From NCBI GenBank assembly GCA_964016885.1, contig OZ024746.1:82026001-82090000 (forward strand): a stretch of 64,000 bases of DNA, given 5' to 3'. Below, in pieces: positions 1-13,590 of the stretch. Under the pieces are notes generated by a model. It saw only the letters and a list, made by a program, of their open reading frames with translations, was not told where the DNA came from and did not search any database. How positions within the stretch are numbered: the stretch's first letter is position 1; every line of letters starts with the position of its first letter. This stretch comes from Eledone cirrhosa (taxonomy: Eukaryota). A program made the translations under genes and the position numbers.

Positions 1-219
1 GTAGCTTCGGCCATAAACTGAGTCCTTGCCATTCCTTCCGTTTTCTGTTTTTCTTTCTTTTTCTCTTTTTTCTTTTTATTTTCCTTTTCTAAATTTTCTT
101 TTTTTCTTTTTCTATAAAACTGTATTTACATGATATTATTACACATCAAGCAGAATTAAACCTTCAGCGAGTTGAGGCCATGAATCGACTTAGTTTCTTA
201 TCTATATCTATTCAGTAAC

Positions 220-620
220 TTTCTTTTCATTCTTTTACTGACTTTAGATATTGGTGCAGTACAGCTATACTGAAGCACAACTTTCAATGATTTAGTCAAT
301 CATATCGATTCCAGTACTTATTTAAGTGTACATCGTTTACTGATCTCTGTTTGTCGAACAGCTAGGTTGCGAGACATAAAGGGATACAACAAAAACAGCA
401 CTAGTTATTAGACTAGTATAAACATAAAGAGATGGATCCCCTCCATGTAAGTATATGTATGTATATAATGGGCTCCATCATAGTTTCTGTCTACCAAATT
501 CCGCTCATAAGACGTTGGTTAATCTGAGGCTATATTAGAAGACACTTATCCATAATCTCAACAGTTGAATCGAACTCGGAACCACGCCATTAAAGGCAAA
601 CGTCTTAACTACACAGTCAT
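220..620 (-). mobile_element. Degenerate composite tRNA-derived SINE
   Basis: Block agtttctgtctaccaaattc...gaagacactt...atcgaactcggaacc recurs at ~29905-30030, ~35395-35545 and ~42385-42520; B-box-like GAGTTCGATTC on the minus strand. Confidence 0.55.
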
Positions 621-1191
621 TTCTATACCTATTATCTTAGTATTGTAGTAAGGCTATTGAATACTTCTTTAGTTTTCAATGCTCCATTGTGTTCAATTTG
701 AATATAATTCCCCGCTTGGTCTTTATGGAAAGTGAAATGCTTTGCAAAGCATAATCAATATTTGTTTTAATAAATATGTTATAAGACTGAGACTGCCAGT
801 CGATCTAAACAATAAGACTAAACAAGATGTATGTTTTCAAATCCAACAAGGAGACATATTTCTTTCATTCTTAACCGTAATAAGCAGCTACACGAATCCA
901 AATTTCATCTTCTCACTACCGGCTTCCCCTCACATTCAAACATTCTATAAAACATCAATCCAACTGCCTTCGCTGTGAAAACCACAGAGATACTATGGGA
1001 CAGTGAAAGAAGTTTAACACGATCAGTTAGCCGTGTAGACTTACTGCCAGTTGTCAAGCAAATCATACTCCACCATCTTAAAATAGGAAGCACTTATTCA
1101 GATAATGAAAATGCAAGTCTTACTTTCTAATGTAATATGATCGAAATTAAGCTTCTATTTCTAGCAGCTCGGATGATCACATAGAGCCTGC

Positions 1192-1251
<60 letters not shown>

Positions 1252-1789
1252 TCACACACATATCTTAGTAGAATACTAGGCCTTTCCCTGATGAAAAGTA
1301 AATATATATGTATCATAATAATTTTTAATGTAGGGATATAAGTATTTGTTTTTTTATGTAAGAAATCTAATTTCATATTAGTTTGATATGTAATGTTAAC
1401 AGCAATCATAGCAGCAGCAGCATATGAGATTATAGTTGACGTAGTTATTTTAACTGCGTGTTTTGTAAAGCTTTTTACAATTTATTGGGCATCAGGTCTG
1501 AAGACAGAGGAGCCGAACTCCCACTGCTCCATCTCTCTTCCCTCCCCCATCTCTTACTATTATGAGCAAATGAGCGGACAAAATGGAGAAGGAGTTTCCC
1601 CGGAGGATGGTAAGGGAGATGGTAAGGGAAGAGGCATTATTATTTATTTCCAAAATAAATAATATACCATTCTTGTGTCTAATGCATTGTGTTACATACA
1701 TGCATAATGTATTATACTCAATATGAACACTTCAGATAGAAAAGTTCACAATGTTTGTGTCAACAAAGATAATACGCCATTAATGTGGA

Positions 1790-3990
1790 TATAAGTTGTA
1801 ACGATGAAAGAATGGTATTTAACTAGGGTATTGGTACGCGATGGGGCCCACCCACAGCCCCAGCGGACAGAATGGAGAAGGCGTTTCCCCGGAGGACGGC
1901 AAGGGGAGACGCGCTGGAAAAGCCACTCCAACTCGCGGGACACACCTGCAGCTGGCCAGCTGAGCGCCTATGGTGGGGCCGAGGACACCAGAAGTTTCCA
2001 CTGCCAGGGGAACGACCGCAAACCTGTCGGAGAGCGACCAGTATTTGAGGAGTTTGGCCCCCTCAGCTCGACGTGTAGCAGAACCTGGGTCAGTCAAAGA
2101 CTGCACCAGATTGCGGCTGCAGAAAGTGTTGGTGCAAGTGGCATCCCAGACGAGGGGTTTGCCACCGCGGAACGGGAAGATGGTCATGTCATCTGACCTT
2201 TTGCTATCCCCTCGATCCAGCTCCACCGGCTCGAGCTGGGAAGGGAAGCCTGCAGCGTCCAAGCCATGCTTAATGACCTCGTTGAGGGCAGTATGGCGTG
2301 GAATGCGGCCGGCACTGTGGCGATAGGAAAGCGGGTGGAGGCCGAAAGAGTCCACGGTGGAACCGCAGCGACATTGGTGTGGCTGGCAGATCCGGAGGCC
2401 GAGCCTCAGGGAAACGCTGATTCGCAGGCTATGGTTGTCTAGCTGCGTGCCAGTGGAGAAGGAGGGCAGAGCATGGAGCTAGGCACCACTGTGGGGTTTG
2501 GAGGCCGCACGAAAACAAGCAAGGCGGTGCTGGTCGAGCTGGCGCGTGAGCCTGTCTGAGGCCAGGATGCACTGGATGGCATCCCAAGTGCGTTGGGGGA
2601 ACTTGATGTCAACAGGGGAAGAAGGAGGAGGGACGTCTACTGGGCTAAGTCCCAGCCGGTTTCACGTCTCACAGGCGGCCTCACGTTCTCTGAACACAGA
2701 GGGTTCTGTTGTGTTTTGAAGAACCCTGCTGACGAGGATGCGGCACGAGGTTACCGACGAAAGATACGCCGGAAAAGCTAGTGAGATCGGGGACCGGAGG
2801 CCTAGGCCGCCATACCTGACCGGTAAAGTGACCTGTTGCCACCCTATGTCGTCAAACTTGACGTTGCATATCCCCTCGGCTGCGGCTCGGATACAAGTAT
2901 CGAGGTCAGCGAGGAGAGATGTCTGGGTGTAGCATGGAGCGCTGCGGAGTGTATAGAGGAGCTTCGGCATGGCGAAGCAGTTCCTCAGCAGAAAGAGAGC
3001 TGGGTGGCCGTCAATCAAGCCCAGTCGGCTCGTGAGAGTCTGGAGCTGTTGAAGCCTGGACTTGATGGTGGAGCGGATGGCCGGCGGGTGGACCGGTGAC
3101 CCGAGGATGAGGACATCCTCTTTGGGGGTCACATGAACCTGGCGGAGATTGGACCGCCCGTCCAAGACGGAAGCTGCAAAACTCGCAGCATCGAGGCTGA
3201 CGTTCACCACCTCCGACTTGGCCGAGTTGACCTGGAGGCCGATTCTCGCCAGGGCAGGAATCACCGATTGAAGGTCTTGGCAGACCGTCCGTACAGGCCT
3301 ACCCAACGTAGCATCATCCAGATACCAAACGTTGAGAGGGGCCGTGATACTCCGGGCGATGTGGTCAATACCAAGGGCGAACAGGAGGGGTCCCAAAGGG
3401 TCACCCTGTTGGACCCCAGTAGCCGAGGGTATGACCGTATCAGCAGCTAGGAGCATGCTCGGGGCTCTATATGACAGGTAGGCCAGCGGGTAGGCAGAGG
3501 GGGCTCGGCTGAGGCTGGTCTCGAGCAGATGATCCCGGCGTAAAGGCATTCCTCATGTCAAGCTTGACAATGAGATGCCTGGACTCCCTGGATGCCGGTA
3601 CCGATGGGCAGCTGCTGAAGAACTGCCTGATTGCATGAGAGGCTCCCTCACAGCCACCGGACACGCCGACACCCAGTTGCACCGGACTAAACTCCTCACC
3701 CAGTTCGTGTGTGACGGACTTGCAGATCACCTTGGCAGCCAGCCTCCGGAAGACATTGCCCACAGCAATGGGGCGTATGCCACCCTCTTTCTTCCTGAGA
3801 GCGGTGAGGCTGGCCGAAAAAAAGAGGCCTCGGGCGTAAGGGTCGAGAGCACCATGAATGAGCCTATTGGTGAGCGCCACAATTGCACTCAGAAGGCGGC
3901 GCCCGGCCTCAGCGGAGAGGGGGGGATGTCAACTCCTTGAGGTGGCCTGGTCGGGGACCAACAACACCTCCGCAGCTGCTAGCTGGGAAG
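1790..3990 (-). mobile_element. 5'-truncated, degenerate CRE-like non-LTR retrotransposon (RT, zinc knuckle, restriction-like endonuclease)
   Basis: Fragmented ORFs 3467-3880 (GGIRPIAVGNVFRRLAAK), 2662-3549 (GVQQGDPLGPLLF, WYLDD, GGLGL) and 1819-2355 (RIPRH, KRSDD in place of RPD, LVWDATC, AEGAKLLKY, PLAVETSG); frameshifts and stops between them. Confidence 0.85.
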
Positions 3991-4893
3991 GACCTGATGG
4001 CGGACATTATATCGAACATAGCTTTAGTATGTTATATTTTTTCTTGAAATACTTTACTTCTGAAAAAATATTAAAATTAGTAGAAACCAGAGTTGGGATT
4101 AAACTCCAAATATAAATACAATCATTCTTATAACGAAACTAGCCAGGAGAGAAATACTTAAAACAATAAAAACATGACATTTAAAATTGTGATCTATTTA
4201 AGCTTTATCAAACTAAAACTGTAACTGTCATCGCCTTAAGAGCTCTGAACACTGTCATGACAGCACCTCAAATGCACGATGTTTTGGGTGTTACAAGCAA
4301 GGGCATAAATAATGACATGTTTTTCATGGTATTGTTGATGGAAACATCAATAAAGAAATCATTATTGATGGAAAATATCACGAGTAAAAAACATATTGAA
4401 GAAAAAAAAAACATTTACTGATATATAATATATTCTGCTTTTCTGTTTTGTTTTTTTTTGTTATTTTTATGAGTTCTTAATATATTTGAGAAAACAGATA
4501 AAACAGCAAGTTAATTTAACTGAAAATATATTAGTTTAAACTGGCCATATCCGGCCGGAATTCTCTCACCTCTTTCTGTTCAAACCAGCTGTAACCGGCC
4601 GCTGAAACTGATGTTAAGGTATTGTTCTCAAAATGAGTAATATCAGCATCTCATGATATTTTATAAGATAAGAAACTAGTATGTAGATCGAACCCGCGAG
4701 ATTAATGTTATTACGACAAAGCCCTATCCAACTGAGCTAATCGCTCTTTCTGTGTTTTGGCTTTAGAAATTTAGGAGTTGATGGAACAAACACATAGGCA
4801 AACACTTAGAAATATATAATCTAACATAACACACACACACATGTATATATATATATATATATATATGCACACATACATACATACATACATACA

Positions 4894-4926
<33 letters not shown>

Positions 4927-5088
4927 TTACATACATACATAACAAACATACCTAACCTAACATACATACTTACATATATAGGCCGTGTGTATCCGGTTTA
5001 GAATGGGTACGCCATATTGCTGCTGGTGGGACAAATGATGATAGTGAAGAAGAAGAAGAAGAAGAAGAAGAAGAAGAAGAAGAAGAAG

Positions 5089-5450
5089 AGATCACAGCTC
5101 CGATACTATGGGCATGTGGTTAGACTGTCTTAGAAATGAATCGCTAGACAGATTTTTACGGGCAAAACCAGCCGGCAGGAGACCCATGGGTAGACCCGGC
5201 AGGAGACCCATGGGTAGACCCGGCAGGAGACCCATGGGTAGACCCCGACCAAGATGGTTGGATAACATCCATAAGCTTGGCTGGTCACGCTTGGAGATCC
5301 AGCTGGATCAGTTGGAGACTGTTGCTACTGACAGGTCCCGCTAGAAGGAATATTTGAGGACTCTGTCCCCACAAGCGTCTCAGAAATATGTGTGGGTGTG
5401 TGTGGTGAAAGAAGAAGAAGAAGAAGAAGAAGAAGAAGAAGAAGAAGAAG
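5089..5450 (+). mobile_element. RTE LINE 3' fragment with (GAA)n tail
   Basis: Encodes a degenerate RSQLRYYGH...GRPRPRWLDNIHKLGWSRL segment; internal 24-bp triplication at ~5172-5244; GAA runs on both sides. Confidence 0.75.
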
Positions 5451-6102
5451 AGGTGGTGGTGGTGGTGGTGGTGGTGGTGGTGGTGGTGGAGAATTGGAGA
5501 AGGATTTCATACATTCACACTTGACTAGAAATAAACAGAAAAGAGGTGTAAACAACTAAATTGCTCCTAAATCATCATCGACAAAGGAAAGAGAAACATA
5601 GTAATAACGGTAACAACGGTAATTTTAATGAGGATGGGGGGGGGGGAAGAAGGAAGATTATGTTGATAAAGATGATAATGATGATAATGATGACTATAAT
5701 CGTGATCAAAAAATAATATCATCACCATCATAATCATTAGAATCAGTAGCAATTCTTTGATTAGTTAATGTTAAAATGAGAGATTAGTAATCAAAATAAT
5801 AAAAAAAAACATTTCTCTAAAACTTTTGATATCCAATTATATATTTATTCAAAACTCTTGCTAATGAAACTTCAGCACGACATTCATTCAACGTCGTGAT
5901 GTGGTATACAGCAGTTTCCTGAAATCTAAACTGTGCCGTAAAATGGTTAAATATGGTGTTTTTATTAATGATACCTCAAACCATGCAATGTTAGTTTGTA
6001 ATAGTAAATATATATAGTTGAGTTGAGTCGACAGACTTCTCGGCTTCAATTCATAACAGAAACCATTTTCGTTTCTCTGGAAAGGTATATATGTCACACA
6101 CC

Positions 6103-6169
<67 letters not shown>

Positions 6170-6224
6170 GTAATCTGAGTTTTTCGAATATTAATAATAA
6201 CATTCGATTCGTTTGCAATTATGC

Positions 6225-6370
<146 letters not shown>

Positions 6371-6423
6371 TTGGGAGCCCCTACACTAGAAGACCAAGGT
6401 TAACGTATGTTGATGCCCTAAGG

Positions 6424-6836
6424 ATATATAAGTATTAAGTTGTTAAACAATATTCGATGAATATGTCAAAGAATGAGTTTTACAGTAGATTGGAAGCACT
6501 CAACAAGAAATCATTTTCAAGAGTTATTAATATTAAAATATTTTAATATTTTAATATTAATATTAAAATCAACTACCTTGATTAAATCTTAACCATTTAA
6601 CATCTCAGGGTATTTCATGTATCATTATATTTTGTCTGATGAGGACGTACTGTTGTACATCCGAAATATGTATAATAAAATGTAATTGATCAAAAGAACA
6701 TCTATTTTATTAATACTTATATTTTAATATTAATAACTCTTGAAAATGATTTCTTGTTGAGTGCTTCCAATCTACTGTAAAACTCATTCTTTGACATATT
6801 CATCGAATATTGTTTAACAACTTAATACTTATATAT
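6424..6836 (+). mobile_element. Fold-back hammerhead element, family A (PLE pLTR/retrozyme-like)
   Basis: ~117-bp inverted arms 6424-6540 and 6720-6836 in TA repeats, enclosing an HHR. Confidence 0.75.
6621..6690 (+). ncRNA. Type I hammerhead ribozyme
   Basis: Stem I ATCATTATATTTTGT, CTGATGA (6636), stem II GGACGTAC/GTACATCC, GAAA (6663), TATGTA, TA^ then ATAAAATGTAATTGAT. Confidence 0.85.
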
Positions 6837-8178
6837 ATATATATATATATATACATATATCAACAGAGAGACAATCGACGAGGTGGGTGACAGGCAGATG
6901 TGTGTGTGTGTGTGTGTGTAAACTTGTCCTGAATATCGCCTTTCTTTATTTTCTTCTTCTAGCAACTTATAAGCGCTAATACACTTCTCCTTGTCCTACT
7001 CATCTATGAATCTTTTATATATTTCATTTGCCTGTCACCCACCTCGTGGTTTTTCTCGACCTTTTGATGGATTTTTGCTGATCATTGTCATTGACAGCAT
7101 TTTACTGTTTTAACAGTTGTTCTAGCGTTGAGTTTTGTATACATATGAGAATAAGTTAAGCTTAACTTCTGTGGCGTTATCGGGTATATGCAGTGAATTC
7201 TTCCTCAGTTGTGTTATTTTCATTTGTGAATAATTCATCTGTTAATGTAAACTAATATTCCGTATCTAAACAAACCTTGGCTAATGGTATTCAGTGTCCA
7301 AATGATAAGACTGGAAGCCATATCATTAAAACACGCCCCCAATTACTTACATGCGAGTCAACTTTACAGGAGGTTCGCTAGACCTACACAGGAATAAGCC
7401 GTAACAACTAGAATCTATACAAACCTATCTAAACTAATGATATTCCGTTTCCTAGAGATATGCCACTTAACGATAAGAATATTTCTGCCAAATCAAGAAA
7501 ATATATTTAAATCTCTTGGTTTATATTTCTTTGTTTTTGAAATCACTATATTAATCTCTTCGAGACAGGATGAAATACTAAATCAAATACTTTTAGAAAA
7601 TTAATAGAAACACACACATATATAAATGTGCGCGTGTGTGTGTGTGTGTGTATGTGTGTGTGTGTGTGCGTGTGTATGTATACGTGTGCATGTGTGGGTT
7701 TGTGAGCGTATGTATGTGTGTCTGCGTATCACAATGTAGTTGCTGTAAAAGATAAACTGGTGAACATTATACAAGTTTCTAACATTGTCTGTAAAACAAG
7801 AAATGACCACGACATACATAGGAAGAACATTGAATAAGATAGTCTACTATCTGAAAAAAGGGTGATGATCATGGATGGAACGCCTTTGATTGTAAGGATG
7901 AATAGTAAACCGAAGGTACACAGAATTTGAATTCAAAACGTAAAGGGATAAGTAAATATTTCAGTGTATTTTGTTCAGCTGTCTACCGTTTCTGCGAACC
8001 TACCGCCCTAATTGTTATATTAATAAAAGTAAGAATGGTTTCTTATTTTATCGAGACAGAAGCAGTGAAAGGTAAATCAAATTCGCTGGAATTTGAATAA
8101 TAATCTTAATAATAATAAGCCTAAATGCAAATAAATAAAAGCCATATGAGAAAATTAATGGTTGTTATTGACATAAAA

Positions 8179-8355
8179 GGTGGCGAATTGGCAAAGCCAT
8201 TAGAACGCCGGGTGTAATGATTTGCGATATTCGTTTCGGTTCTCTGAATTCAAATCCTGACGAACTTAATTTTGCCTTTTGTTCTTTGGAAGTCGATAAA
8301 AAAGTACCAGTCCAGTACTGGGTCGCTTCTTTCTCTACATCTCTTTCTCACCACC

Positions 8356-8445
<90 letters not shown>

Positions 8446-8595
8446 TTCTCTTTCACTCCCCTTGCGCCTTTCTGGAAGAAATCAGCTATGTTCAAACTTA
8501 GAGAGGAGATGGAGACTGCTAGGTTTCAAGTGCTAAATATCAATACCTGGACCCACGATTCCTGTATGAGTTACAGGACTGTATATACATATACT
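8179..8595 (+). mobile_element. tRNA-derived SINE, long-tailed variant
   Basis: A/B-box-like head, ttttgcctt...gtcgataaaaaagtaccagt core, (CT)n, then a tail also seen on the minus strand at ~61775-62100 and ~9430-9690. Confidence 0.65.
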
Positions 8596-9916
8596 GACAT
8601 AAATGTGGCATAAACGAATCCCAAATAACAGAGTTCATTGAGACGACGGTGCTGATAAACAACTATAATAATTTTCTATCTTGAACAATCTATTAATACA
8701 TCTATTTTATATAAATTAACGCAAGTGCTGTAGATTGGCAGAATTGGTAGAGCATCGGATAAAAATTCCTTTACGGTCTTGTTCTGGCCTTTTAGATTCT
8801 GAGTTCAAATCCCGCTGTTCTTAACTTTTCCTTTCATCCTTTCTGGGTTGATAAAATATAATACTACCCTACCAGTGAAGTACTGGAGTTGAGTTAATCA
8901 ATTTTGCCTTCCACCTCCCCTTCCAACAATTTTCTGATATTTTACCTGAATTAGAAATCAATATATGTTAACACGCACCAACTGAAAATTGCATTTCAAG
9001 AACAAGAAAGTAATAGAATAAAATAAAGTGCGCAAAAAATAACAACAAAAATATGTAAAAAGAAAAAGCAGATACAGTCACAAACAGGTAGTGGTTCTCT
9101 AACATACCCTCGATTGGATAAACTAATCATTTATGTTTCATTTGTGAATATCTCCCCAATTTTTAATTAAGTAATGCTTAAAATTCTATCAAAGCTTGAC
9201 AAAAAACAATTCTGTTTTAACACCATAAATTTCGGCGAGTAATAGCCTCGCCATTTCAATAATGTCAATATAAATTGGAAAGCCATTGAATTTCAACAAT
9301 GGTAAAGTGATAGGGAGGGAAGGTACAACTAATTAAAAAGACTAATGTACTTGATTGGTATACTCATTGTCATGTCATAGTGCAGTCGTTTGGGCACTGT
9401 AGTGCTATACGGCGTGTCTTTGTGATTTAAACTTGATGGAGACTATCGATCTCCAGATCTAGACATAGCTGACTTCTTCCAGAGAAATTGAGAGAACGAA
9501 AGAGTGGAAGTGAGAAGGGGATACGGAGACCGAATCGAGCCCAGAGCTGGAACGGTACTTTATTTAATGACCTCGAAAAAATGAGAAGTAAAGTTGACCT
9601 TTGTGAAATTTGAACTCAGAGTCCAGAGTTGGGATGAATACCCGAAGCGTTCCATCCAACGTTATAATTACATCGTTTTACACTAGTTAACATTTGAAAT
9701 TATGTTCATCTAGTATCCAGTGGAGTACCTAGCTCTATAATACAATGACACTCTTTTAACGTTCTAAGTTGAAATCTTGCTGAAATCGACTTTGATTCTT
9801 ATTCTTCCATAATGGATAAAACAAGTCCTACAGGAGAATGTATAGAAAAATACAGGAGGTTTAATTGCAGTGGGGACGTATATTTGAATTGGTACATGTA
9901 CGTGGTTAGTAGCACT

Positions 9917-9973
<57 letters not shown>

Positions 9974-10105
9974 GCGAGTATATATATGAGGAATATTAAC
10001 ACTATAAACCAGTCTTCAGCTATTGTTTGAAAAAGTCTGTGCCAGAAAATTAATTCTCAATCTATGCCTACAGTATATGCATACTATATATATCTTTGTT
10101 TCGTG

Positions 10106-10400
10106 AGAGCGCGTGGCGTAGTGGTTAGGGTGTTGGACTCACGATCGTAAGGTCCTGGGTCGGGAAGCGCGTCGTTTCCTTGAGCAAGACACTTTATTTC
10201 ACGTTGATCCGGTCCACTAAACAGGCAAAAATGAGTTGTATCTGTGCTCCAAAAGGCCGCTCTTGTCACACATCGTGTCACGCAGAATCTTCCTGAGAAC
10301 TATGTTAAGGGCGTATATGGCTGTGGAAGGCTAAGCCGTTTACACATTAATTTCACGAGCAGGTTTTGTTGATTGAGCATTCGTCGTCGTAAACGACAAA
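10106..10400 (+). mobile_element. tRNA-derived SINE (CORE-like domain)
   Basis: A box TGGCGTAGTGG, tRNA-like head, ccttgagcaagacacttt motif; related blocks at ~29740-29900 and ~42200-42370 (-). Confidence 0.65.
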
Positions 10401-10603
10401 GATACAACGCTCGTTTTCTTGTTCCCATGTAGTTCTTTGTTTCAAACAGTGATAGATCATCATCAATCTACTCGATGTTTTGTAAATCAAAACCACTAAA
10501 CGTTATCCTCCGATTAATATCAATCTCGGTTTTATTACTAACAAATTGTGAGAATATACATGTATGAAGACGAATGCATGCATAATTTTGCAAGTATATA
10601 TAT

Positions 10604-10716
<113 letters not shown>

Positions 10717-10882
10717 TAAACAAATAATGAATAAACAATTCCTTATATTAAACAAAAAAAGTTCATTATTTAACGATCGTTTCTAGGATATATATGTGTT
10801 AGAGTTGGCATGCATATTCAACAGATCTATGTACAAAATTATACAAAATTATACAAACTATCAAGATTAAATATACATACCA

Positions 10883-10940
10883 ACACATATATATGCCGTC
10901 TTCAGAAATAATTATTTCTGAAGACGGCATATATATGTGT
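10883..10940. repeat. Perfect 58-bp palindrome
   Basis: acacatatatatgccgtcttcagaaataa|ttatttctgaagacggcatatatatgtgt. Confidence 0.95.
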
Positions 10941-10949
10941 ACAATAATA

Positions 10950-11215
10950 TATATAGTACAATAAAGCAATGCAGATATCGGATAAGTAGCACTCTACAGT
11001 TTGTAGGACTGGAGTATAAATAATAATATATAAGATCAAAAGATGGTTAAAAGAGTTCCATGTATTTTATTATGCGCATTTCAAAAACAAATATCATCAT
11101 GCAATATCATCTGATGAAAACGCAAATGTTATTGCATGATGATATTTGTTTTTGAAATGCGCATAATAAAATACATGGAACTCTTTTAACCATGTTTTGA
11201 TCTTATATATTATTA
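10950..11215 (+). mobile_element. Fold-back element related to family A, with a truncated HHR core
   Basis: Inverted arms ~11021-11105 and 11131-11215; the spacer contains CTGATGA (11111); agcactc...ctggagtat motif shared with family A. Confidence 0.6.
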
Positions 11216-11267
11216 TATATATATATATATATATATATGCATATATATATATATATGCATATATATT

Positions 11268-11342
<75 letters not shown>

Positions 11343-11347
<5 letters not shown>

Positions 11348-11506
11348 TTGCAAGGTTTTGGATATGAAATCTTGTGTTCAAACAAATATTATTATATTTG
11401 GGGAGGGTCATATTGTTATAATATTCCCAGAAATACAGTGAGTGTGTTTTATTATTATTTCTGGCAATATTATAACAATATGACCCTCCCCAAATATAAC
11501 AATATT
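11343..11506. mobile_element. Family C fold-back pLTR tail
   Basis: Inverted atatttggggagggtcatattgttataatatt / aatattataacaatatgaccctccccaaatat; opposite-orientation homologue at 25841-26055. Confidence 0.7.
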
Positions 11507-11576
11507 AACATATGTGTGTGTCTGTGTATGTATATGTGTGTGTGTGTACTTGGGTGGTGTATGCTTATGTATATAG

Positions 11577-11668
<92 letters not shown>

Positions 11669-11704
11669 GGTTGTCCTTCCTATTCCGTATAACCATGATC
11701 ATTA

Positions 11705-11742
11705 CGAGCTAAGGATTCGTTAAGGTGAAACAATTGTTCTCG
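11705..11742 (+). ncRNA. Degenerate minimal hammerhead
   Basis: CGAG, CTAAGGA (core G to A), weak stem II, GAAA, CAATTG, TT^, CTCG; lies in a ~105-bp segment between TA runs. Confidence 0.4.
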
Positions 11743-12001
11743 GTATGGTGAACTAACTGTTGTGTTACCACTTATATATATATATATATTGCTTTTTGCT
11801 GAACTCCTTATTATAGAATTTTTTTCGGAATGTTTTTGACTGTTGTTTCATGTAAACAAACATTCGTCCCATTCTGACGTCACCAGCCCTGTTTTTCCAC
11901 ATGTGCGTTTTATTTTCATAATCACGCATGATGTTAAACTAGCTTGCTTTTAAATTCCCTTTTTGGCATATTAATCAGTGAGACCTTGGTTACCATGTTG
12001 A

Positions 12002-12083
12002 GCTCTGCTGATGAAGGAAATCAAACCGTGACCATCCCCACTGAAAGTGTTCGTGAAATAGTCTTTTCAAGACTATACAGAGC
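12002..12083 (+). ncRNA. Type I hammerhead ribozyme with a long stem III
   Basis: GCTCTG, CTGATGA (12008), AGGAA...TTCGT, GAAA (12055), TAGTCTT ttc AAGACTA, TA^, CAGAGC. Confidence 0.8.
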
Positions 12084-12326
12084 ATTTGAAGTTGTCCCAA
12101 ATTGAAGGATGAGTACTTTAGACCTTGTTTTATCATGAGTTAAGGCTCTGTTGATTTTTCCCTGGATTTCTCTAAATTCTGTTGGATAAATCTATATCCT
12201 GATTCTTTTTGAATTGAGTTTGAATTATTTTCCCACATCTTACGTTAACTATTTTCCTATTTTGACGCTATAGTCACTTATATATTATGGAATACTGTTA
12301 GCTTCTCGCTACAATAATTTCTATAC

Positions 12327-12445
<119 letters not shown>

Positions 12446-12508
12446 ACATATAACTATATATATATATAAAATATAGAGAGAAAGAGAGGGAGAGGGAAGA
12501 GAGAGGGG

Positions 12509-12547
<39 letters not shown>

Positions 12548-12634
12548 GTGGTATACAACGTACATGTCCGTAGGAAGAAACATGGAAAAGAGCGTGCTAT
12601 CTTGTGAAAGAGAGCGATTTAGTATTGTTATTAA

Positions 12635-12820
12635 GGGGGGATTGGCAGTATCGGTAGAGAGTCGGACGGCATGCTTTCCCGCATAGTTACGTCCCTTTAC
12701 GGTCTGAGTTCAAATCCCGTTGCGGTTAACTTTGCCTTTCATCCTTACGGGGTCGATAAAATAAAGTACCAGTAATGTACTGGGTAATTGCTGGCCTTGT
12801 GCCAAATGTAGAAACAGTTA
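12635..12820 (+). mobile_element. tRNA-derived SINE (main family)
   Basis: A box TGGCAGTATCGG, B box GAGTTCAAATCC, core ctttgcctttcatccttacggggtcgataaaataaagtaccagt, end gctggccttgtgcc...gaaac. Confidence 0.85.
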
Positions 12821-13269
12821 CTATGTTTCATACGCGCAACATATATCTATATTATAAAGCTGACGGCCGTATGTAACAAACCTTTCGCCAAACGGCTGGA
12901 CCAAAAAGCACCAAATTTGCACCATAGATGTAACTTTTTCCAAGTAAGAAAGTGAGGGTATTTTTGTCTTCTAAATTTGGTTAAAAGATTAAAGATATTT
13001 TATCGTTTATTTAAATATTCACTTCTTTAAAATTTTCAAATGTCAACACTTCCGGTTATACGACATTCCTCGCTCTTTCTTAGTCTGTCTTTTTAAATAG
13101 ATACATAGCTATAACATGGCGCCCTTATAATATGTCTCTGTGTGTCTGGCTGTCTGTATTAGATACATAGCTATAACGTCGCACGCTTATAATATATGTC
13201 TGTCTGGCTGCCTGGTTGCATTGACTTCGCTTCTAACCAACTTTTAATTAATTCAGTGCAAAGATACCG

Positions 13270-13330
<61 letters not shown>

Positions 13331-13590
13331 TTTCTTTATTAACCACAAGGGTTTACATAAAGTAGACATTAAGGACAGTGCAGGACAATGCAGGACGGTA
13401 CAAATGGGCATTTCTGCGTGTAAAAAAACAAAAACAGAGGATGTAACAAAAATAACAATGAAAATAACAATGAAAAATTCCCCAATAGGGGGGAGACTTC
13501 GGAGGGACATTTGTGGAGAAAGCCCAGTAAAAAGCCACAATGACCCTGACCACCAAGGCAAGTGCCCTCTCCCAGTTTTCCACCTTTAGT

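Noticed and set aside
1040-1080. Minus-strand WWSMICLTT after a ttttaag acceptor, resembling a K+ channel pore helix
   Set aside because: No GYG continuation, no splice donor in the needed phase and no other exons found
1288-1345. CTGATGA in a TA-adjacent segment
   Set aside because: No stem II/GAAA arrangement
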